Positions 57,001 through 64,000 of a stretch of DNA of 64,000 nt are shown piece after piece. Made by a program: the position numbers and the translations under genes. The stretch covers positions 520,961 to 584,960 of the forward strand of contig JASGJN010000026.1 of the NCBI GenBank assembly GCA_049840735.1, written 5' to 3'. Source of the DNA: Anaeromyxobacter sp. (GTDB lineage: Bacteria; Myxococcota; Myxococcia; Myxococcales; Anaeromyxobacteraceae). Numbering within the stretch: position 1 is the first letter of the stretch; each line of letters starts with the position of its first letter. The notes below the pieces were generated by a model. It saw nothing but the letters and a program-made list of their open reading frames with translations, had not been told where the DNA came from and made no database searches.

Positions 57001-60000
57001 ATGATTAAACACAAAGGTATCAAGCTTAATAAGCTGCTATCACTGTTCTTGGCGCTGGTGCTTATGTTATCGCTGCTGCCGGTTACGTCGCTGGCGGCGT
57101 CGTACAACGACACGGAAACGCACTGGGCAAGCTCCGCGATAAACAAGTGGAGCAGCCTTGGCGTTCTTCAAGGCTATGATGGCAAATTCAGACCTGACGC
57201 TCCCATTACGCGGGGTGAGATGGCAGTCATCCTCGACCGAATAATGGACTATCAGACGGCTGCGAAAAACGATTTTAGCGATCTGGAGCAGGACTTTTAC
57301 ACGGATGCCGTGCTTAAAGCCAATGCAGCAGGTGTTATGCTCGGAAATAACGGCGAGGTTCGTCCTACGGACAACATCACCCGCGAAGACGCGATCGTCA
57401 TGCTGGGACGTGCTTTGGAGATAGAAGAGAGCACAGCGGCGCTCTCCTTTGCGGACGCGGGCTTGGTTTCCTCATATGCTAAAGGATATGTCACAGCTCT
57501 TGCGGCAAAGGGCTACATCAATGGCTATCATGGGTCGTTCAACCCCAAAAGCGCGATAAGCCGCGCCGAGGTTGTAACGATTCTCAATAACGCGATATGC
57601 GGCATCTTCATTGAGGCGAAGGAATATACCGGGACATATGCCGGCGTTGTCGTCGTGAACAAATCGGGCGCCACTTTGAAAGATACCGTGATAAACGGAG
57701 ACCTCATCATCGCTGAGGGCGTAGGAAACGGCGACGTGATGCTCGATAACGTCAAAGTCACCGGCAACACCATCGTGCGCGGCGGCGGTGAAAACTCGAT
57801 ACATATTGAAGGCGGCAGCTATGCCAGCCTCATTATAGAAAAGACGGACGACGGCAAGGTGCGCGTCGTGACCTCTGACGGCGCAGTCGTGAACGCGGTC
57901 TATGTCGACGACGGAAATGACGGAGTGATCCTGTCCGGCTCTTTCGGAAACGTCACAATGAACGCGAAGGTGAACGTTGTCATTGACAGCGGCAGCAATG
58001 TCGCGACACTGACAGTCGCCGTCTCTGGCGTAACTGTTACAAATAACGGCAGCATAGGGACGCTTAACGTGAACGCGGACGGCATCGTGGTAGGCGGGAA
58101 CAAGCCCTACGCGGTGAACGTCGGTTCCGGTGTGAAGACGCCTCCTGTGGACGGGAACGGTAACCCGCTTAAGGGAAACAACGCCTCCACAACAGGCGGT
58201 ACCGGAGGCGGGGGTGGCGGTGGAGGAGACGATGCCCAAGACCAAACCGCGCCCAGCGCAAGCCTGTTCACGGCAACCGCCCCATCGGCGCAGGGGGCGT
58301 CAGACGGCTCCATTGCCATCTCCGACATTACAGGGCTTCAATTCAGCACCGACGGTACAAGCTACACGACTGTGACGGCTTCGCCCATCACCGGACTCGC
58401 CTCAGGAAATTACTATTTCAGATATTCGGCGAAAACAGGATACAACGCAAGCCCCGCGACGACCGTTACGGTACCGGCAGGATCATCGGCACCGGACAAC
58501 CAAGACCAAGCCGGCGCCAAGCGCAAGCCTGTTCACGGTCACCGCCCCATCGGCGCAGGGGGCGTCGGACGGCTTCATTGCCATCTCCAATATTACAGGG
58601 CTTCAATTCAGCGCTGACGGCACAAGCTACACGACTGTGACAGCTTCGCCCATCACCGGTCTTGCCGCAGGCTCCTACTATTTCAAATACGCCGCAAAAA
58701 CGGGGTTTAACGAGAGTGCCGCGATGGTCGTTACGGTACCGGCTTTCGGCACAGAGGCGCAGATCGGCTCCACGGACTACGCCACCTTCGCCGCGGCGAT
58801 CGCCGCGGCGAAGTCAAACAGTGGCGCGGACACGATTACTCTGCTTAGTAGCATAATCATTACCGCCTCAGTTTCAATAGACGCGAACGACACGCTTGTC
58901 ATCCCAAATGGCGTGACCCTGATTGACGAGGGCTCTTATCTGATTGGCGGGACCGGCGCAACGCTTATAATCCAAACCGGCGGTTCCTTCGTTCTTGTGC
59001 CATGGGGCGCGTATGGGGTGTTTTCTGCCGGACCGTATATTTATGCCAGCGGCGCACAGTGGTCCCCCGCGCAGGCCAGGATAGGCGATACATATTTCGC
59101 AAATCTGGATGCCGCCGTTGCAGCGGCGAATGCGAATACAACACAGGACGAAATCGATGTTTTAGGGAACAATGCGATTTCCACTTACGTATACGGGGAT
59201 ATAACGTTCGGCGCGGCGGCAAGCGGCTCTGATATCCTCGCCGTACCGGCAGGCGGAAGAATATATATCAAAGGCAGTGGTAGCTCGGGAGCCGCGTTGA
59301 GGCAGGCCGGCGGCACGCTCACAAATAATGGCTATATCCGAGGGAATGCTTTTACCGCAAGCGGCGGTGCGATCGACGTTTCCGGCATATTTGACGTATC
59401 CTCGCTGAGCGTCGGCGGCACGTCGCAGACATGGCACAGCGGCGCGGCAGTCATCATTGACGGCTCAACGATAACCGGTGTGACCGGCTTCTCGGCTACC
59501 GCTGACGGATCGTACCGTTACAATGGGACAAGTTGGGATTCCGCTCCAGCCTATGTCGAGCATAACGGTGTCACAACCTATTACGCTTCGTTTGGAGACG
59601 CTCTTGCCGCTGCGGGTGGCGGGCGATTCAGTCGAGCTGCTTTCAAATTATGCCGTCGAAGATGGGAGCGAGCTTATAATTCCGGCTTCTGTTACGCTTA
59701 CAATCGATACGGACGGGGTACTGACGATCAAAAGCGGCGGCGGTCTGACGATAAACGGCGAGCTTTATCTGGAGACCGGCACGGGGCTGGTGTTTGAAAG
59801 TGGCGGAAAAATGGGCGGCTCCGGTACGATTGAGGTGTCGGACGATACGCTGGATTTAACGGACGCGATGCAGACCTTTAGCGCCGGCGCGGTCTTCAAC
59901 GCGTCAAACAGCGGAGCCTACGTGACTGGTTTGACAGGAATAAGCGGCGCAAAATATGGCATATTCATTTACGATGGGAACTATTGGGTTGATGCGAAAG

Positions 60001-60422
60001 CATTTGTTTATGACAACAATACGGGCGTAAACACGTATTATGCTACTCTTGCAGAAGCGCTTGCCACCGCGCACAACAACGGCGCCGACGACAATATTGG
60101 GATGCGCGATTATGCAACGCTGACGGCAAACGCCCAGGTAGACGCTTCGGACACACTTTACCTTGGCTATTACCCAACGGTGGACGCCGGCGCTGAACTG
60201 ACCGTTTATGGCACGCTTGATTTTTCTAGCAGCAACGAATTCACGGTTAACGGTACGCTGACGTTTAAAGCGAACAGCAAATGCGCCAATTTGCAGAATA
60301 ATTCCTCAAGCATAACAGTTGGCTCAAGCGGTTCTGTAGCAGGCATTACGGACAAGAACGGCTCTGCTTTCGTAGCAGACTCGGTGTATGTATACGACGG
60401 CAGCGGTTGGGTAAAGCAATAA
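57001..60422 (+). CDS. SLH-domain cell-surface protein, split by apparent frameshifts (~58510-58600, ~59620)
   Basis: GGAGG RBS, signal peptide, three SLH repeats (FRPDAPITRGE, PTDNITRED, FNPKSAISRAE). ORFs 56950..58617, 58637..59797 and 59523..60422 are one continuous repeat protein. Confidence 0.82.
58237..58743 (+). repeat. Tandem duplication, ~264-bp period, within the SLH protein
   Basis: CAAGACCAA...GTTACGGTACCGGC at 58237-58479 and 58501-58743. Confidence 0.85.
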
Positions 60423-60470
60423 CCCATTTCATCCCAGGGAAGCGGGTAAAATAAGTTGCCAATCATAAAA

Positions 60471-60511
60471 AGCAGGGAGTCGGTCTTGTTCACAACCGGC
60501 TCCCTGTTTCT
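60471..60511 (+). terminator. Terminator after the SLH gene
   Basis: CAGGGAGTCGGT...ACCGGCTCCCTG followed by TTTC. Confidence 0.6.
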
Positions 60512-60626
60512 CTATGACGAACGCAGAACATATCCCGTGGTCAGTGCGCCGATGAAAGATGTAATTATAAGAAAAGAAGCGAGATTTGAAGCATTCACTG
60601 AGGCGGCAACATCTTTTGAAACAATA

Positions 60627-60685
60627 ACATGAAAAAGCAGACATCCACCCACATAAGCGTGAATGGATGTCTGCTTTTTCATGTT
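60627..60685. terminator. Long inverted repeat, possibly a bidirectional terminator
   Basis: ACATGAAAAAGCAGACATCCA...TGGATGTCTGCTTTTTCATGT. Confidence 0.6.
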
Positions 60686-60872
60686 GCCTCGTACCGGTTA
60701 CCCCACGGTTCAATCGCTGTCCCTGTGGGTGGTAACCCTTGTAAAACAGGGATTTCAAGGCTTGCGTTATGTAAAGAGATTATATAATCAAGTTTAATTT
60801 GATTTAATTGATTTATGGCAAACTGATGCAGCCATTAAAGAAGTATGACCAGAGTTATGATAACGGGTATAT

Positions 60873-62120
60873 ATCAGTATGCCGGCATATGCTGCGTTAC
60901 GCAGTGAATACCCTTCGCCCCATTTGTTTATATTCTCAGCATCAATTCCGATAATTTTACGTCCTGCAAATACCCTTTGAAATTCCGCTGACATTATTTT
61001 CAGTAGCCTTAAGGGCCTCCGAACGTCCTGCTTTCCAATAAACAGGCATTAGAACGGCACCATTTGTTACAGCATAGTTCAAATAACTTCGTATCGGTAA
61101 CTTACCGTTGCTTGTTGTCATTCCATAAGACGTAGACGGCATGGGGATTCTAATGATGTTAAAAGGCTTTCCATATTGGTCTGTAGAATTTTTCAGAATA
61201 TTGTAATTCTCTTCCAATCGAAGGTATGATTCCTTGGAATACGAATTTGTATATCTGTCCTCGGGCAGTATTTGTGCAAGCAAAATAGTATTGGGGGACG
61301 CAAAACGGGCTATTTCATTTATATGACCGCTTGTTATCCCGTCATCCTCCGCCAGACCCTTTTTTAACCAAATAATTTTATTCACCCCGAGAACTTTCTT
61401 GTATTCATTTTCAATCTGTTGTTTGGATAACCCCGGGTTACGTTTCAATACAACTGATTCGGTAGTCATCATTATACCTCTGCCGTTTGATTCTATTGCA
61501 CCGCCTTCAGAAATGAGCGATGAAGTAATCACCGGCAGTTTTAGTACCTGAGCTGTCAATTTGTCTACCTCTTTTTCGGTATTGATATATGTTTGATTAC
61601 CGTCACGGCTATAATTATTGAAACCGAAATCAACTACATTAAGGCGGTAAGCGCTGTCCTTCACGAAAATCGGTCCCACGTCCCTTGTCCATATCGACAG
61701 ATGGTTTATAACATAAAAATGGGCATTTGTCCCGACGTAACCGTTTGTTTTGAGAAGACTTTTTACACGTAGAATCTCATCGATGCTTCGCGTCATTACA
61801 TTGACTCTGATATATGGATCAAGTGATTTAATTATATTAATTATAGCCGGAGTTACATCACGGTCGCCTGCCGTGTAAACTTCAGACGGCCACTCCAGCC
61901 ACATGGCTTGTTGTTTATCAAACTCGCCCGGGAACAAATTGGAGCCCCCAAGGCTTCCTGTAGTATATTCCAGTTTAGTATATTGATTATTATTATTGCT
62001 GTTATTGTTATTACTATTATTATCATTATTTTTATTCCTGTTTAAGAACCCGGAATATGCAAATAAACCTGCCATCATGATAAAACTAACCACAACAAAT
62101 AGATACTGCTTTTTCATCAA
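60873..62120 (-). CDS. Secreted/membrane-anchored agmatine deiminase family protein, two apparent frameshifts near the 3' end
   Basis: PGEF, WTRDVGP, EGGAIESNG, GHINEIARF, SYLNY. The catalytic GIHCVTQHMP is recovered in a shifted frame ending at TGA 60873-60875. Asn-rich linker after the N-terminal TM. Confidence 0.85.
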
Positions 62121-62402
62121 CTGTTACCTCAGTATTTTTTACATATCATCTCCAATTCGAAGAGTGCTATTCTGAATGAGGTTATCGAGGGCCGTTCCTA
62201 TAAACAGCCCTTGTCTAAAAATAAGACTGATCCCTAATTTTGAAGAGATGATAAAAAATGTATAAAAAATGAGTATAAAACCCTTCGCATTGAATCGACT
62301 CTACACGACAGAGAATAATACTATTTGAATCGGACGTAACAGCGATGATAATACTAATGGAATATTTTAAGAATTTAAAGTAAATAATGGGAGGAGATAA
62401 AA

Positions 62403-63001
62403 ATGAGTGCTGACTTTTATTCAGCTATAAAAAACAGACGTACTTTTTATGGAATCAGCAAGGATTCTACAGTTTCTGACGATAGGATACAACAAATAAT
62501 TAATCAGGCAGTTTCGGTGGCTCCTACAGCCTTTAATTCTCAAAGTGAAAGAGTGATACTTTTACTGGGAGAACAGCATGAAAAGTTGTGGGATATTACA
62601 AAGGAAACCCTGCGGAAAGTAGTTTCAGAGAAAAGCTTTTCTGAAACGGAACAAAAGATGAATTCCTTCCGAAACGGATATGGCACAATTTTATTCTTTG
62701 AAGAAGAGAATATTATTCAAGGTCTTCAAAAGAATTTTCCTAGTTACAAGGATAATTTCCTGCACGGGCACAGCAGTCTAGTGGCATACTGCAATATATT
62801 ATCTGGACATCACTGAAGGAAGAAGGACTTGGTGCCTCCATGCAACATTACAATCCACTTATCGACAGTGAAGTGAAAAGACAATGGAATGTGTTGGACA
62901 GCTGGACACTAATTGCACAAATGCCATTCGGTAAGCCGACAAATTCGCCTAATGATAAAGTGGTTAAGCCATTAGAAGAAAGAGTAAAGATATATAGATA
63001 G
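62403..63001 (+). CDS. Nitroreductase family protein, apparent frameshift(s) ~62760-62815
   Basis: IKNRRTFY, PTAFNSQS, GYGTILFFE; continues EGLGASMQHYNPLID...AQMPFG. Confidence 0.85.
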
Positions 63002-63262
63002 TCTTTAAAAAATAAATACACTTTTAAAGTAAATGTAACCACTTATGTTTCCAAGATGCTACTTTTTCAGAGGTAATATGTCTGCTTCCCAGTATCTCCA
63101 GATATTACACAATCTGACTTAATTAGTTTGACAACCGATGTAGTATGTAAGATTTTGGGGCAAGGGCTGTACTTAATAACAGCCCTTTGTCCTATGCAAC
63201 CTTTGCAATATGTGAATTTTTGAGGGTAATATCAGAGTATCCCAGTATACCTTCTTGTATAC

Positions 63263-64000
63263 TTAAGTAGACGAGGCTCTCCGTCTCCAGGGCTGGAAGG
63301 ATATCATAAATGTAGTTAACAGCAATATGCAGACATTAAAGAAATTCCAAGTCCATTCCATCCGAAGCTTTTCAGGAATATCCCCTCCCAACCATCCGAA
63401 TACGCTCGAACCTGTGTAAAAAAACAACAGGTATAGAGAGGATGCCTGACCTTTATAATCTTTAGCTGCAAGTAAGCCTATCCAACTGCTTGCAACAGAA
63501 TGCCCCCCCATAAAACCGAACACAACTGCAGATATTCCAATTACCTTTATAACTAAATTTTCGTCCAAAGTGAGCAATACTCCGATAATTGTTAATTGCA
63601 ATAGCCAATCCGATAATTAGCCGCCGTGAGTATATGTGGGCCAGCTTTCCGAATAAAATCGAGCTGAATATTCCGAAGATATTAACAAGAAAGAGGAAGC
63701 CGAATACTGTATGACTTAGATTATACGGCGCTTTGGTGAGCGGATAGCCTATATAGTTCAAAATTGTAATATAGGAACCCACTAATATGCAGCCCGTCAT
63801 ATACATTAAAAACAGTCTGCCATTGAATAGGGACATCTTTATGTTAAACCATAATTGTCTGGTTGAAACCTTCATTTTTGTATAATTGACCGATTCAGGA
63901 AGATATATGAGGAACCATATACTTCCCGCCAGACTAGCTACTCCTTGTATCAAAAATGATATATGCCAGTTTGCGATGTCAGTCAGCGCTCCTACCATAA
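63263..64000 (-). CDS. MFS transporter (YnfM-like), partial and frameshifted
   Basis: NYIGYPLTKAPYNLS, GHSVASSWIG, QASSLYLLFFYTGSS, spread over ORFs 63462..63998 and 63263..63601. Confidence 0.82.

Noticed and set aside
62188..63192. Similar AGGGC...ACAGCCCTT hairpins at ~62188 and ~63161 flanking the nitroreductase
   Set aside because: Short and consistent with ordinary terminator-like stems; not enough to call element ends.
56204..64000. Low-GC block as a horizontally acquired island, and its frameshifts as pseudogene decay
   Set aside because: Mid-gene break on both sides with no mobility signature, and scattered single-base indels in otherwise intact genes, fit a low-coverage chimeric sequence better.

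Overview
Bases 1-~56203 are very GC-rich DNA typical of an Anaeromyxobacter-like myxobacterium. In order, this part carries: a sigma54-driven Cus-type copper efflux cluster (TolC-CusB-CusA, sensor kinase, cupredoxin); a ribose ABC operon; an ECF sigma/anti-sigma/caspase-like protease/lipoprotein module; signalling genes; an IS110-family element; a stretch of accessory genes; sdhACDB; a CheB-CheR/hybrid kinase cluster; a HexR-type sugar-acid operon; a CotH lipoprotein; and a 5'-truncated ABC permease-M1 peptidase. At ~56203 the sequence switches abruptly, in the middle of genes on both sides, to lower-GC Clostridia-like DNA (MalT/LuxR fragment, SLH surface protein, agmatine deiminase, nitroreductase, MFS) with many frameshifts. 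This is most likely an assembly chimera. The strongest signal is the IS1111-type IS110 element (24127-25555), inserted at a CT core inside a GTAG REP. Its downstream non-coding end reads as a bridge/seek RNA, with target guides exactly matching the insertion site, handshake nucleotides, and an unusual terminal donor loop. An empty perfect target lies at 50748-50761. Also notable: a 37-bp hairpin-preceded direct repeat abutting stop codons and separating accessory genes like cassettes (27242, 27984, degenerate 31552); a REP inserted in-frame in a lipoprotein signal peptide; shared sigma54/enhancer and ECF promoter motifs; and three gene-breaking lesions that all fall at GATC sites. Everything was read by eye; no database search was run.
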